Shown here: piece by piece, positions 36,960-47,364 of the stretch
Layout: each line of letters starts with the position of its first letter
Numbering within the stretch: the stretch's first letter is position 1
NCBI GenBank assembly: GCA_944389015.1
Contig: CALXKS010000067.1
Coordinates: 18,102 to 82,101, forward strand
Direction: 5' to 3'
DNA: 64,000 nucleotides
DNA from: an uncultured Spirochaetaceae bacterium
GTDB lineage: Bacteria > Spirochaetota > Spirochaetia > Sphaerochaetales > Sphaerochaetaceae
Made by a program: the position numbers and the translations under genes
Notes under the pieces: model-generated
The model's database searches: none
What the model saw: the letters and a program-made list of their open reading frames with translations, nothing else
What the model was told of the DNA's origin: nothing

Positions 36960-39482
36960 ATGGCTGATAAGACAGAGAATACACGTTTCGGTTCCACATC
37001 GAAGGCGATTGCCCAGGATTTTGCCGAACAGCTCAAGTATTCGCTCGACGCGGATGTCTACCATACAACAACGGAAGGACGCTATCAGGCACTGGCTTTT
37101 GCAATAAGGGACAGAATCATCCATCAGTGGGATCTGTCGAGGAAGACACAGAGAGCAAAACATTCAAAGAGGGTCTATTACCTCTCCCTTGAGTTCCTCA
37201 TGGGAAGAGCTATGACGAACAATATAATCAATATGGGACTCGAGAAAGGAGTCAAGGATGCTCTCTCCTCGCTTGGATATGAGTATGAGGATCTTGCGGA
37301 TGTAGAACCTGATGCAGGTCTTGGAAACGGTGGTCTTGGACGGCTTGCTGCATGCTTCCTGGACTCGCTTGCAACGCTTGAACTGCCCGCCTATGGCTAT
37401 GGAATCAGATACAACTACGGGATTTTCCGCCAGCAGATAAAGAATGGCTGGCAGGTTGAGACCCCTGACAACTGGCTCAAGGATGGCAATCCCTGGGAAA
37501 TCAAGAGACCGGATCTCATATATCCAGTGCTCTTCGGAGGAGAGGTCAGGAAAAGCCGCGAGAACGGCAGGGACATCTTCACATGGGTTCCTGATGAGAC
37601 AATCAATGGCATCGCTTATGATACCCCGATAGTAGGCTATGGCGGTAAGACCGTGAATACACTCCGTCTCTGGTCTGCGCAGTCCCCTGAGGAGTTCTCA
37701 TTCGAGGAATTCAATTCCGGTGATTACACAGAGGCAGTAAGGAACAAGATCAATGCAGAGACGCTCTCACAGGTTCTCTACCCTAACGACACGCTTTACA
37801 TGGGCAAGGAGCTCAGGCTGAAGCAGCAGTACTTCTTCGTTTCATGCTCTCTGCAGGATATTATCCGCCGCTTCAAGAGAAATGCCGGATACAAGTGGTC
37901 CGCATTCCCGGAAGAAGCTGCGATCCAGCTCAATGATACACACCCATCGCTTGCTATCCCCGAGCTTATGCGCATTCTCATCGATAAGGAGGGCCTTGGA
38001 TGGGATGAAGCCTGGGATATCACAGTCAAGACAATGGGATACACGAACCATACACTGATGCCGGAAGCTCTTGAGAAGTGGTCTTTGCCGATGCTGGAGA
38101 AGCTCCTGCCTCGCCACATGCAGATAATATTCGAGATCAACCAGCGCTTCCTGGATCAGGCAGTCTCCTTCTTCCCGATGCAGGGCGACAAGATCAGCCG
38201 CGTGTCGATCATCGAGGAATCGAATCCGAAGATGGTAAGGATGGCCAATCTCTCAATCATCGGATCCCACTCAACCAACGGCGTTGCGGCACTGCACTCA
38301 GAGCTTCTCAAGAGAGAGATGTTCCCTGAGTTCAACCTCATATTCCCTGAGCGCTTCAACAACAAGACAAACGGCATCACGCAGAGGAGATGGCTTCTTG
38401 ATGCGAATCCGGGACTGGCAAGGCTTATCACCGATGCTATCGGGAACAAGTGGATCACAGACTACGACGAGATCAGAAAGCTTGCTCCGTTTGCCGATGA
38501 TGCAGGCTTTGTCGAGGATTTCGGCAGAGTCAAGGAACAGTGCAAGGCAAATGCAGCTGCATTCCTGAGAAAGGACTCCGGATTCATCCTGAATACGGAT
38601 ACTCTCATCGATGTCCAGGTAAAGAGGATCCATGAATACAAGAGACAGCTTCTGAACGCACTCAACATACTCATGATATACAACAGGATGCGTTCTGATC
38701 AGGCATACCTTGATGCATTCCCGCCGACAACATTCCTCTTCGGAGGCAAGGCTGCTCCTGGCTATGTGAATGCGAAGCTTATCATCAAGTTCATCAATAA
38801 TATCGCAAAGGTCATCGCATCCGACAGCAGGGTAAGCAAGAAGCTCGCTGTGCACTTCATGCCCGACTACAGAGTAACCATGGCAGAGGCAGTGATCCCT
38901 GCAGCCAATATCTCAGAGCAGATATCAACAGCAGGAACGGAGGCCTCTGGTACCGGCAACATGAAGTTCATGGCAAATGGCGCTCTCACAATCGGCACGC
39001 TCGATGGTGCGAATGTCGAGATGGCAGAGGAAGTCGGAAGAGAGAACATCTTCATCTTCGGTCACACGGAGGAGGAGATAAACAAGCTTCAGGGCTCCTA
39101 CAGGCCAAGGGAATGGGTGGATGCCGATGAAGAGATCCGCAGCATGATCGCTCTTGTTGATTCAGGCTATTTCTCAATCAATGAGCCGAACATCTTCGAG
39201 AATCTCCGCAAGACACTCTTCGATTATGGCGACAGATACTTCCTATTCGCAGATCTCAGGATGTACCACGATGTACATGAGGAAGCGACTTCGCTTTACA
39301 GGGACGACAGGGCAAGCTGGAACAGAAAGGCGATCCTCAACATCGCAGGGTCTGCGAAGTTCTCCTCTGACAGAACAATCAAGGAGTATGCTGAGGAAAT
39401 CTGGAATATCAAGCCATGCAAGGTCAAGAAGTCAAAGACCGACTCGGTGCTTGAGGATGCAAGGAATATCCACCAGCACTGA
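36960..39482 (+). CDS. glgP: Glycogen/maltodextrin phosphorylase
   Basis: 840 aa. YLSLEFLMGR, GLGNGGLGRLAACFLDS, PLP site EASGTGNMKFMANGALTIGTLDGANVE. Confidence 0.95.
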   Translation: MADKTENTRFGSTSKAIAQDFAEQLKYSLDADVYHTTTEGRYQALAFAIRDRIIHQWDLSRKTQRAKHSKRVYYLSLEFLMGRAMTNNIINMGLEKGVKDALSSLGYEYEDLADVEPDAGLGNGGLGRLAACFLDSLATLELPAYGYGIRYNYGIFRQQIKNGWQVETPDNWLKDGNPWEIKRPDLIYPVLFGGEVRKSRENGRDIFTWVPDETINGIAYDTPIVGYGGKTVNTLRLWSAQSPEEFSFEEFNSGDYTEAVRNKINAETLSQVLYPNDTLYMGKELRLKQQYFFVSCSLQDIIRRFKRNAGYKWSAFPEEAAIQLNDTHPSLAIPELMRILIDKEGLGWDEAWDITVKTMGYTNHTLMPEALEKWSLPMLEKLLPRHMQIIFEINQRFLDQAVSFFPMQGDKISRVSIIEESNPKMVRMANLSIIGSHSTNGVAALHSELLKREMFPEFNLIFPERFNNKTNGITQRRWLLDANPGLARLITDAIGNKWITDYDEIRKLAPFADDAGFVEDFGRVKEQCKANAAAFLRKDSGFILNTDTLIDVQVKRIHEYKRQLLNALNILMIYNRMRSDQAYLDAFPPTTFLFGGKAAPGYVNAKLIIKFINNIAKVIASDSRVSKKLAVHFMPDYRVTMAEAVIPAANISEQISTAGTEASGTGNMKFMANGALTIGTLDGANVEMAEEVGRENIFIFGHTEEEINKLQGSYRPREWVDADEEIRSMIALVDSGYFSINEPNIFENLRKTLFDYGDRYFLFADLRMYHDVHEEATSLYRDDRASWNRKAILNIAGSAKFSSDRTIKEYAEEIWNIKPCKVKKSKTDSVLEDARNIHQH

Positions 39483-39507
39483 GCTTCCATCCGAGAGCCT
39501 TCCGGTA

Positions 39508-40137
39508 ATGATGCTTCTAACAGTATCCGGAGGGCTTCAGGATGCCTATTCATACCTTGAGCGCGGACATGTGTTCGCCAATGCCCAGACAGGCAACATA
39601 GTCCTTCTTGCAGTCTCTGCTGCGGAAGGACGATGGATGGATGCCTTGTCATATGCCATCCCGCTTTCTGCTTTCATAATCGGGATAGCAGTTGCCTGCA
39701 CAATCAGGAAACTCTCAGGAGAAAGCCCTAAGGCCATACACTGGAGACAGCATGTCCTGATTGCCGAGATCCTTCTCCTTGCCATTTCCGCATTCATCGC
39801 GAATGACCATATAGCCAACGCATTGATCTCCGCAGCCTGCGCTATGCAGGTACAGTCTTTCCGTAAAGTAAAGGGAACAAGCTATGCAAGCACTATGTGC
39901 ATAGGCAATCTCAGAGGCGGTACAGAGCATCTCATGCTCTTCATACAGGAAGGACGGAGAGAGAATCTCATCACCGCATCAAAGTACTTCCTTGTCATAG
40001 CGATCTTCGCTATCGGCGCTGCTGCAGGAAGCATAGTGATCCATTTCCTGAATCACTCCGCAATCCTGATATCCCCGGTTCTGCTCTCAGTGGCATTCAT
40101 AATGATGATCAGGAAACCGATGCAGTCTGCCGTATAG
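39508..40137 (+). CDS. YoaK/DUF1275-family membrane protein
   Basis: Start ATG 39508, after the glgP stop. GGLQDAYSYLERGHVFANAQTGNIVLL and CIGNLRGG motifs are typical of DUF1275. About 6 TM. Confidence 0.7.
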   Translation: MMLLTVSGGLQDAYSYLERGHVFANAQTGNIVLLAVSAAEGRWMDALSYAIPLSAFIIGIAVACTIRKLSGESPKAIHWRQHVLIAEILLLAISAFIANDHIANALISAACAMQVQSFRKVKGTSYASTMCIGNLRGGTEHLMLFIQEGRRENLITASKYFLVIAIFAIGAAAGSIVIHFLNHSAILISPVLLSVAFIMMIRKPMQSAV

Positions 40138-40142
40138 AATAA

Positions 40143-40160
40143 CCCCTCTCACACGAGGGG
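40143..40160. terminator. Short hairpin between convergent DUF1275 and topA genes
   Basis: CCCCTC-TCACAC-GAGGGG. A T-rich tail (TTATTCT) is present only on the minus strand. Confidence 0.35.
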
Positions 40161-40173
40161 CCATTCCTGCTTA

Positions 40174-42726
40174 TCAGGCTTTCTTCCTGTACGTCCTTCT
40201 TTTCTTCTCTGCGGGTGGCTTGGCTGCAGCCACTCTCGCGATCTCCTCAGCTCTGGCCTGGTCTATTCCCGCTGCATTGCGCCTGTCAGCAGCAGTCATT
40301 GCGCAGTTGAGCTCTCCCCACTTGATATACGCACCATACCGGCCACTGAGCATCTCAAGAGGCTTTCCCTCCAGATCCTCGAACTTCTTCACCAGATTCT
40401 TAGGAGCACCTCCAGCAACAGCCTCTGCATTCTCTATGATCTTCGAGGCATCAACCGAAAGAGGATCCTGCACAGTGATGTTCTGCCCCTTATATTGAGC
40501 ATATATGCCATAAGGCCCTGAAATGAGCATGACATCATTTCCATCACTGTCCTTCCCTATCGATTTCGGCAGTGTGAAGAGAAGCCTTACCATCTCCGGT
40601 GTATATGATGATGCGCTCTTCCTGCGTGCGGTGTTGACGATCTTCCCATCGCTCTCGCGTTTGAAGTACTCACCATACCTGCCATTGAAGACATAGATAT
40701 CATCAACGACAGGAATCTGCTCTGTCTGAGACGGGAAGAGGATATCCCTGGCATCTGAATCGGTGAATGTACCTGGGAAGTACCTGGACTGATCGATCGA
40801 TGCCATTCTGTCTTTGCCCGTCTCATTGTTGAATGAGTCTGAAGAGAGATATGGCCCGAACTTACCTGTCTTTATGGCATATGAAACAGAAACTCCCTCA
40901 TCCGTGTCGAACTTATATGAGAGCCCGGAAAGAGTGAGATTCTTCACCTCAGAGCGCCTTGCTGTCATCGTCACATTCGCAAGATCCTTCTCCAGCCCGG
41001 GGAATTCATTCCTTCCGCGCCAGAAATCATCAAGGAATGTCTGCTTTGACTCCTTTCCCTCCGCGATCTTGTCCAGACCGGACTCCATCTCGGAAGTGAA
41101 TCCATATCCTATGTATACAGGGAACATGCTTTCAAGGAATGAATCAACGAAGAACCCGGTGAAAGTAGGTATAAGCTGCTGATTGCTCCTCAGGACATAC
41201 TTGCGGTCAATCAGTGTCGAGATGATGGTCGCATATGTCGAAGGGCGTCCGATCCCCTCTCCTTCAAGCTTCTGGACCAGCGTAGCCTCATTATATCTTG
41301 CAGGAGGCTCTGTCTTATGTTCCTTCACGCTGGCATCGCTGCATCTTACCCTGCTGTTCTCTGGATCGAGCGAAGGAAGGACACCTTCCTCACCTTCCTC
41401 TTCCTGTGTATCCTTCGCCACCTCGTAAAGCTTAAGGAATCCTGGGAACTTCACGGATGTTCCAGATGCTGTCAGGGTATAGCGTCCTGAACGGAATACA
41501 GCGGACACAGAGCTCTTCTCCGCCTCCCTCATCTGCGTTGCCAGAGTACGTCTCCAGATGATCGTATAGAGCTTGAGCTGATCGCCTTCAAGTCCTGTCT
41601 CCTCCGGACGGCGGAATCTGTCCCCCGCAGGCCTTATAGCCTCATGGGCTTCCTGGGCGTTTCCGCCTGTCGCCTTATAATTCCGAGGCTTGAATGAAAG
41701 ATATTCATGACCGAACATCTCCTCTACCTGCATGCGCGATGCATTGATGCACTCCTGGGAAAGAGTCGGCGAGTCGGTACGCATATATGTTATATATCCA
41801 TTCTCATAGAGAGCCTGGGCGATAGCCATTATCTCCTTGACACCCTTCCTTAGCTTTCTGGAGGCATCCTGCTGGAGAGTGGATGTCGTAAACGGCTTTG
41901 CGGGATTCTGCCTTATATCCCTATATGCAATGCTCTCTATCTTCACATCGGAGTCTTTGAGTTCCTCCGATATGCTCTCCGCTTCATCATGGCTCAGGAC
42001 TTTCACTCCATCCTTGATCTTCCCTGTCTCGCTGTCAAAGCTCTTCGATGAAGCCACAGCTGTGTCATCGATATGGGTGAGAGTTGCAGGGAATGAAGCT
42101 CCTTCTGCCTGGAGAACTGCTTCAACGGATGAATATCCGGTAGAGGAGAAAAGCCTCCTGATCTTCTCCCTTTCAACAATGAGCTTAAGACCGGGAGACT
42201 GTACACGTCCTGCAGAGTACTTCCCTCCAAGCTTCCTGCTTATTATCGGAGAGATGCCATAGCCCTGCAGGCGATCGACAGCGCGGCGTGCTTCCTGCGC
42301 ATGCACCAGATCCATATCGATCTCACGGCATGAGGAGAAAGCATTCGTGATTGCCTGCTTCGTTATTTCATGGAAGACCATGCGGAATACGGGGCACTTG
42401 GGCTTCAGCTGATTATACAGATGCCAGGATATCGATTCTCCTTCCCGGTCTTCATCAGTTGCCAGCACAAGCTGCTCTTTATCCTTGAGAGCCTTTCTCA
42501 GATCATCGAGGACCTTCTTCTTATCATCCTCAATCTGATACTCGAGCTCATAGCCATTATCGATATCAACACCGAACCTGCTATTCTTCGGCTCTGGGGC
42601 AAGCTCCACGACATGCCCTCGGGATGCCATGACAGTGCAGCTCGGTGGCAGATACCTCCCTATAGTCCGGGCTTTGGTCGGTGACTCAACAATTATAAGT
42701 GTCTTCTTACCAGGATCCGCTACCAA
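40174..42726 (-). CDS. topA: DNA topoisomerase I
   Basis: 850 aa, TTG start 7 nt after AGGAGG. TOPRIM LIIVESPTKARTI, DEDREGE, active-site Tyr context GYITYMRTDS. Lys-rich C-terminal tail. Confidence 0.95.
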   Translation of the reverse strand: MVADPGKKTLIIVESPTKARTIGRYLPPSCTVMASRGHVVELAPEPKNSRFGVDIDNGYELEYQIEDDKKKVLDDLRKALKDKEQLVLATDEDREGESISWHLYNQLKPKCPVFRMVFHEITKQAITNAFSSCREIDMDLVHAQEARRAVDRLQGYGISPIISRKLGGKYSAGRVQSPGLKLIVEREKIRRLFSSTGYSSVEAVLQAEGASFPATLTHIDDTAVASSKSFDSETGKIKDGVKVLSHDEAESISEELKDSDVKIESIAYRDIRQNPAKPFTTSTLQQDASRKLRKGVKEIMAIAQALYENGYITYMRTDSPTLSQECINASRMQVEEMFGHEYLSFKPRNYKATGGNAQEAHEAIRPAGDRFRRPEETGLEGDQLKLYTIIWRRTLATQMREAEKSSVSAVFRSGRYTLTASGTSVKFPGFLKLYEVAKDTQEEEGEEGVLPSLDPENSRVRCSDASVKEHKTEPPARYNEATLVQKLEGEGIGRPSTYATIISTLIDRKYVLRSNQQLIPTFTGFFVDSFLESMFPVYIGYGFTSEMESGLDKIAEGKESKQTFLDDFWRGRNEFPGLEKDLANVTMTARRSEVKNLTLSGLSYKFDTDEGVSVSYAIKTGKFGPYLSSDSFNNETGKDRMASIDQSRYFPGTFTDSDARDILFPSQTEQIPVVDDIYVFNGRYGEYFKRESDGKIVNTARRKSASSYTPEMVRLLFTLPKSIGKDSDGNDVMLISGPYGIYAQYKGQNITVQDPLSVDASKIIENAEAVAGGAPKNLVKKFEDLEGKPLEMLSGRYGAYIKWGELNCAMTAADRRNAAGIDQARAEEIARVAAAKPPAEKKRRTYRKKA

Positions 42727-42737
42727 TAGAAGACCTC

Positions 42738-43559
42738 CTAGATCTCAGTCAATATAAATGCGTCTCCTTCACCGGGATTAGGATTGTCAAACAGCACACT
42801 CTCTGCAAGGCTGCTATCCGATGTAGTAGTAAAGGACATCTTCCTAAGACCGTCCTCAATATACAGATTATATGTTGTCTCAGTATCCACGATAATCCCG
42901 AAGGCGCTTGTCTGAATGTACGCGGAAGTGGAATCATAGTCAATCACAATACGGTCTACTCTCCACTTTGATGGCTTGAATATCGAGGAATTGAACCTTT
43001 CTGCATTCTCTCTGTAGGCGATTCCAGTAGGACTGTTATCATCATAATCAACCCAGTTTCCGGCCTGATCCGAATCAAAATCAAAGAGAGGGAAGATCCT
43101 CAGCTCTGATCCATCATCATTGACCATATACATCTCAAGATACTGCCCATATAGATCATCACGCATAGTCTCAAGACGGAGGCGGAATGTCTTCATCTTC
43201 CCGTGGTTATCATCATTTGTCTTATTGACCCACTCGTATACGCCATCCCAGTCGGTCGTGACAACATTCACCCACTCTGAATCAAGATCGGAATTCGCAG
43301 CATCACGGGCTGCGACACAGAGATCATAGCTCTCATCGGAGAAGAGACTCGATACGGTGAAGGAATAGACATCCGATGGAAGTCTGGCCACGGATGTCTG
43401 GCCATTATAGATATCATAATAGACCGCTCCATCAACGGCATCCCATGACAGCTCTACAGATGTCGGGAGCGCTTCAGCCCTGACATTGAGTGAAGCTGCA
43501 GAAAGCACCATGGCCGCAGCAAGCAGAAGATAACATACAGTAATCAGTCTTTTTGTCAT
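42738..43559 (-). CDS. Secreted hypothetical protein with an N-terminal fibronectin type III-like domain
   Basis: 273 aa with a signal peptide. SVELSWDAVDGAVYYDIYNG...YSFTVSSLFSDESYDLCVAARD is FN3-like. The rest is unrecognised. Its TAG stop lies inside the topA SD. Confidence 0.5.
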   Translation of the reverse strand: MTKRLITVCYLLLAAAMVLSAASLNVRAEALPTSVELSWDAVDGAVYYDIYNGQTSVARLPSDVYSFTVSSLFSDESYDLCVAARDAANSDLDSEWVNVVTTDWDGVYEWVNKTNDDNHGKMKTFRLRLETMRDDLYGQYLEMYMVNDDGSELRIFPLFDFDSDQAGNWVDYDDNSPTGIAYRENAERFNSSIFKPSKWRVDRIVIDYDSTSAYIQTSAFGIIVDTETTYNLYIEDGLRKMSFTTTSDSSLAESVLFDNPNPGEGDAFILTEI

Positions 43560-43633
43560 TTAACTCACCTTTAATTTTGGTATCACAAAGATAGAGCGTT
43601 GTCTACAGGGCTTTGATTGATTATCCTGTCCAT

Positions 43634-44332
43634 ATGGGTAAAGCATTGTTCACTGTGCTCTTGGCAGCACTGCTTCTTGCATCATGTACGGTAACAGAGT
43701 CCATGACAATCGGCTCTGCCAATGGATTTGAGAGTCTGTCGGATATAAAAGCAGAACCTTTCTTCGTCTCTGTCCTGGAGGATTTTGCGGAGTTTCTCCC
43801 TGAGAACGGCAAATCGATCATGGACAGCTCCATAGAGGGCTTTGCCGGACAGCTTGGCAATACAGCCGGAGCAGAGAATGTGCAGTATGAGAAGACTGGA
43901 GAGAATCAGTACAGCCTTGCCTTCTCGACTTCTGATATGAAAACGCTCCTCAGCTCATTCGGCGCAGAGAACCAGAGCTTTGTCAGAATCGATGATTCAA
44001 GCTTCTCGTTCTATCTTGATATAAACAACTATCCTGAGCTCAAGACCATCGTCCCATTCCTCGCCGATCCCAATTTTGAGGTATATGGACCAGAGTACAA
44101 CCAGGGAATGAGCGAAGAAGACTATCTGGAAATGATCTACTTCCTTCTTGGAGAGGAAGGTCCAGGAGCTATATCGAATGGAGAAGTAACGATAAACATC
44201 ACAGTACCAGGAACAATTACATCTGCAGAGAATGCGGAGAAGACATCGGACAGCTCCATATCATATTCATTCCCGGTCATTGCATTCCTGCTGCTTTCAG
44301 AGCCTCTTTCCTTCTCAGTAAGCTGGCAGTGA
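43634..44332 (+). CDS. Hypothetical lipoprotein
   Basis: Start ATG 43634. MGKALFTVLLAALLLASC lipobox. No recognisable domain. Confidence 0.5.
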   Translation: MGKALFTVLLAALLLASCTVTESMTIGSANGFESLSDIKAEPFFVSVLEDFAEFLPENGKSIMDSSIEGFAGQLGNTAGAENVQYEKTGENQYSLAFSTSDMKTLLSSFGAENQSFVRIDDSSFSFYLDINNYPELKTIVPFLADPNFEVYGPEYNQGMSEEDYLEMIYFLLGEEGPGAISNGEVTINITVPGTITSAENAEKTSDSSISYSFPVIAFLLLSEPLSFSVSWQ

Positions 44333-44371
44333 GCATTTGGCCTGAAAGGGCATTTCAATTACATGTTCATC

Positions 44372-44401
44372 GCAAATGAAAATCCCGGCATTCTTGCCGG
44401 G
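44372..44401 (-). terminator. Rho-independent terminator about 140 nt downstream of rpsD
   Basis: Minus strand: CCCGGCA-AGAA-TGCCGGG followed by ATTTTCATTT. Confidence 0.55.
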
Positions 44402-44543
44402 ACCATCTTATGCCTTGTACACCTTCTGTTTTGAGGGCAGCCGTCAGGAGGTGCTTCCGGAAGAGAGCTGTAATGGAATGAGGCGTCTCTTCTTTCTCTT
44501 CCCGGTATGTGGCCCGGAAAGGCGGCATTATCAATGAAGACTT

Positions 44544-45137
44544 TTACTTTGAATAGAACTCGACAACGAGCTGGTCATTGACCTGCACAGGAATCTCGGA
44601 TCTCTCTGGAAGTCTTACGAACTTGCCTGAGAACTCCTCCTCATTCCTCTCGAAATAAGGGAGATTGAATGCCGGATGGCCAAGGAAGCAATCCCTGAAG
44701 TGCTCATTGGTTCTTGACTTCTCCTTAAGGGAGATAACGTCGCCGACCTTGATCTGATACGACGGGATGTCGACCTTCTTGCCATTAACGAGAATGTGGC
44801 CATGCGATACGAGCTGGCGTGCAAGCCTGATTGAATTGCCGAAACCAATGCGGTATACAGCGTTATCAAGTCTTCTCTCGAGAGAGATGACAAGAGCATC
44901 GCCTGTTGCCATGCTGGACTTGAGAGCCTTGTCGAAGTACCTTCTGAGCTGCTTCTCAAGAATGCCATAGTAAGCCTTGAGCTTCTGCTTCTCGGTAAGC
45001 TGCCTGCTGTAATCGGTAGGCTTCTTTCTTCTAGCAAACGCCGCATTGTTTGCTCTGTTCATTGCCTTGGGGTGTCCACATACATTCACACCAAGTCTTC
45101 TGCACTGCTTAAATCTAGGACCCATAAATCTTGCCAT
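44544..45137 (-). CDS. rpsD: 30S ribosomal protein S4
   Basis: 197 aa. [29 protein letters not shown]4 RNA-binding domain [34 protein letters not shown]. Confidence 0.95.
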   Translation of the reverse strand: MARFMGPRFKQCRRLGVNVCGHPKAMNRANNAAFARRKKPTDYSRQLTEKQKLKAYYGILEKQLRRYFDKALKSSMATGDALVISLERRLDNAVYRIGFGNSIRLARQLVSHGHILVNGKKVDIPSYQIKVGDVISLKEKSRTNEHFRDCFLGHPAFNLPYFERNEEEFSGKFVRLPERSEIPVQVNDQLVVEFYSK

Positions 45138-45240
45138 AGATCTTACCCTCCAGTAACAATGTCAGTTTTATGCCATGCTAAAGCACAGCTAGGATAATAT
45201 ATTGCAGCAGATGGGGATATGTCAATCCGATGGCACAGGA

Positions 45241-45834
45241 TCATTCATCATAATGACCTGGCAGAACTTCTTCATTCTTCCTGATGATTGTCCTTATCCT
45301 GCGCTGCATCAGTATCGAGAATACCCCACAGGTTACCGATACAGCACCGGCTGCGCATATCAGAGCTGCGAACACCGCGATGATCGAACTGCCTATGAAG
45401 ACCGGAAAAAGGAAAAGAAGGATGGCAAGGAGGAATAAAAGGACGACCTCGACTCCAAGATAGCCGAACCTTATCCCGCTTCTCGAGAGAATGATGAAAT
45501 CCGCAAGGTTAACTATGCCTGCGATGAGGAAAACAGCTCCCGCTATATAAACAAAGACAGGGATCAGGATATCCGGACGAGCAATCGAGATTGCGATTAT
45601 CGTCACCCCAGCTCCTATTGCGGCAATGCTCTTGGCAAGCACTGCGCTCCTGATTCCATTTGACATATTCCTGAAACGGAAAATGGATACGATCCCCCTT
45701 ATGCCATCGAATAGCATATAGACAGAGAAGACAGAGAGCGTCACTGCCATGAATGTTGATGGACAGAGAATCATATATATTCCGATGAAGAGCATCAGCG
45801 CTCCGATTATGAACAATGGTATAGAACGACGCAT
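45241..45834 (-). CDS. HdeD/DUF308-family membrane protein
   Basis: Six TM helices with repeated short G-rich helix pairs (LFDGIRGIVSIFRF). Start placed at ATG 45834 to avoid overlap with the divergent HAD gene. Confidence 0.55.
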   Translation of the reverse strand: MRRSIPLFIIGALMLFIGIYMILCPSTFMAVTLSVFSVYMLFDGIRGIVSIFRFRNMSNGIRSAVLAKSIAAIGAGVTIIAISIARPDILIPVFVYIAGAVFLIAGIVNLADFIILSRSGIRFGYLGVEVVLLFLLAILLFLFPVFIGSSIIAVFAALICAAGAVSVTCGVFSILMQRRIRTIIRKNEEVLPGHYDE

Positions 45835-45879
45835 ATAAAGATTATCCACTACAAAAGCAATTTCTGCTACATTACTTAT

Positions 45880-46575
45880 ATGAATAAGGATCCCAGCAGC
45901 AGAAAGCACCTTCTCTTCGATGCAGATGGCACTTTATATGATTTCAAAGCGACGGAGGAGGCTGCTCTAAGCAGGCTTTTCTCCGAACTGTCCATACCTT
46001 ACGACAATGAGTTCATAGGTCTGTACCATGAAGCAAACAGCAGCTGCTGGAAGGAGTATGAGGAAGGATTGCTTCCGATGGATGAGCTCCGGAGCGAGCG
46101 GTTCCGGAGATTCTTCAGAACTATCGGCAGCAGCGAGGATCCGGAGAGAATCGGCGAGGAGTATATCCTTAAGCTTGGCAATGCAGGGATCATGCTTCCT
46201 GGAGCGGTGGAGTTCCTGGAAAGCATCCATGGCCTCTTCCATATGTATATAATCACAAACGGCATAGCCGTAACCCAGCACATGAGATTCCGGGGAACAG
46301 ATACGGAGAAGTACTTCGATGATATATTCATCAGCGAGGAGCTGGGGGTGCAGAAACCCGATCCGGGATTCTTCTGCAGAGTACTTGAAAAGATAGGGAT
46401 AGAGCGAAATCAGGCAATTGTCATCGGAGACTCAGAACGAAGCGATATCCAAGGGGCATGCAATGCCGGAATAGAGAGCATATATATATCATTCGAAGGA
46501 CGGAGATCTGATAAGGCCGATCATAGCGTAGCGTCATATGATGAGCTGAGGATGCTACTCGATGATATCGTATAG
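45880..46575 (+). CDS. HAD-superfamily hydrolase (YjjG-like nucleotidase subfamily)
   Basis: Motif I LLFDADGTL, motif II ITNG, motif IV IGDSERSDIQGA. Helical cap domain. Confidence 0.75.
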   Translation: MNKDPSSRKHLLFDADGTLYDFKATEEAALSRLFSELSIPYDNEFIGLYHEANSSCWKEYEEGLLPMDELRSERFRRFFRTIGSSEDPERIGEEYILKLGNAGIMLPGAVEFLESIHGLFHMYIITNGIAVTQHMRFRGTDTEKYFDDIFISEELGVQKPDPGFFCRVLEKIGIERNQAIVIGDSERSDIQGACNAGIESIYISFEGRRSDKADHSVASYDELRMLLDDIV

Positions 46576-47277
46576 CTCTATATCGAAGATAAGAAGCGAA
46601 TTCGGCTCTATGCCTTCAGGGCTGTCATTGCCATAACCAAGCTCTGGCGGCACCCACAGCCTGACTCTGTCTCCAATATGCATCTCCCTGACACCCTCTT
46701 CCAGTCCGGGAATGGCCGCAGCAAGCACTATCTCATCAAGAATCTCGTTTCCATATGTGGAATAGGCAATACTGCCATCAGGTCTGGATAGCTGATACTC
46801 CATAGCCACGACAGAAGCATCCTCTGCGCTCTCCCCATTCCCCTCTTCCAGAACCTCATATTCCAGCCCGGATTGTAAAGTCACGACAGAACGGCGCTTG
46901 CCATTTGCGATGAGGAATGCCCATGCACTTTCCCTGTTTGATTCACTGAGTTCCCTCTCTGCCCTTCGGTCCATTGTTATCATATGCCGCTGATGAAGTG
47001 TAAGGATGCGGTTCATCTCGCTGTCTGCATAGAAAGCATTGCCATCTGCATAATCAAGAACGCCGCGGGCCATATATGAGTAATCAATATTCCCGCCATA
47101 CTCCGAAGCAGAAGCTGCGAGCATATAGCCATAGACATAGCTGAACTCATCAGTTATATCACTGGGCATGGAAAGCGACCTGACGTCAATCTCTCCGGAA
47201 TCCTTCTCCGGGATGAAACGTGTACACGACACGGCAAGACAAAGAAAGATAAAGGCTAAGACAGTGCGCTTCATCAA
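46555..47277 (-). CDS. FKBP-type peptidyl-prolyl isomerase lipoprotein (FkpA/Mip-like)
   Basis: Lipobox LAVSC. C-terminal FKBP domain GLEYEVLEEGNG...IPGLEEGVREMHIGDRVRLWVPPELGYG...LLIFDIELYDI. Confidence 0.8.
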   Translation of the reverse strand: MMKRTVLAFIFLCLAVSCTRFIPEKDSGEIDVRSLSMPSDITDEFSYVYGYMLAASASEYGGNIDYSYMARGVLDYADGNAFYADSEMNRILTLHQRHMITMDRRAERELSESNRESAWAFLIANGKRRSVVTLQSGLEYEVLEEGNGESAEDASVVAMEYQLSRPDGSIAYSTYGNEILDEIVLAAAIPGLEEGVREMHIGDRVRLWVPPELGYGNDSPEGIEPNSLLIFDIELYDIIE

Positions 47278-47364
47278 AGAAACTCCTCTCCTCCATCTTC
47301 CTTTTCAGTGTATCCAGAAAAAATCTAGCTCAAAGACAAGCAGTTGTAAAGAAGAAGATCGGTA

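Noticed and set aside
44358-44528. 56-codon minus-strand ORF immediately downstream of rpsD.
   Set aside because: No SD, an Arg/Glu-rich unstructured translation, and it spans the predicted terminator hairpin. More likely non-coding 3' UTR.
45842-45850. DnaA-box-like TTATCCACT.
   Set aside because: A single copy with one mismatch, in the hdeD-like/HAD intergenic-5' region, with no cluster of boxes and no AT-rich unwinding element. Not an origin.
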